Source: a virus (Duplodnaviria > Caudoviricetes). Taken from it: a stretch of 64,000 nucleotides of DNA. Under the pieces are notes generated by a model that was not told where the DNA came from, searched no databases, and saw only the letters and a program-made list of their open reading frames with translations. Both the position numbers and the translations under genes were made by a program. Position 1 is the stretch's first letter, and every line of letters starts with the position of its first letter. Location of the stretch: positions 1,598 through 65,597 of the IMG/VR virus record IMGVR_UViG_3300042383_000120; one strand, given 5' to 3'. Shown here piece after piece: positions 63,878-64,000 of this stretch.

Positions 63878-64000
63878 GCAGTCTAAAACTATACAGAACG
63901 ACCAAAGGCGAGATGGAGCGAATCTTGTGCGACATCACCTATCCGCATCCTGTCTACTTCGACCGACCTTCTAAGCGGCTTGCAAAGCATGATCTCAAGG
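63874..64000 (+). CDS. 3'-truncated hypothetical protein
   Basis: ATGA overlap at 63874 (MSSLKLYRTTKGEMERI...), open to the window end. Confidence 0.5.
   Translation, partial: MSSLKLYRTTKGEMERILCDITYPHPVYFDRPSKRLAKHDLK

Overview
The window is most of the genome of a tailed dsDNA phage (Caudoviricetes; the gene set is podovirus-like) and has three blocks. (1) 1-9.9 kb, + strand, DNA replication: family A DNA polymerase, Cas4-like nuclease, small HNH protein, SNF2-type helicase, HTH protein, SSB/annealing-type protein and primase-helicase. (2) 9.9-51.4 kb, - strand, late operon: terminase small and large subunits, portal, GroES, scaffold, Mu gpT-like major capsid, a cluster of small basic proteins, head-tail and tail proteins, two repeat-rich tail fibres, a cupin and a methyltransferase, a lysis/exported-protein cluster with a GH19 endolysin, and ejection proteins including a 2180-aa zincin-motif protein. 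(3) 51.4-64 kb, + strand: a non-coding control/origin-like region, then early genes including a MoxR-like AAA plus metallopeptidase-vWA module, a TraR-like zinc finger, a GcrA-like HTH, VRR-NUC and a sigma-region-4/alpha-CTD fusion. I recognised no integrase, RNA polymerase, tRNA, CRISPR array or reverse transcriptase. A GcrA-like protein hints at an alphaproteobacterial host (inference). The most striking unexplained signal is about 16 copies of an 18-bp palindrome, GTTAG-N8-CTAAC, seen only in the early and replication blocks. Other candidates are an iteron/IHF origin-like array, several pseudoknotted leader RNAs in the late operon, a shared (M/Y)AxGG motif in internal virion proteins, and an overlapping operon of exported proteins. 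All product calls come from motif recognition by eye, not database searches.
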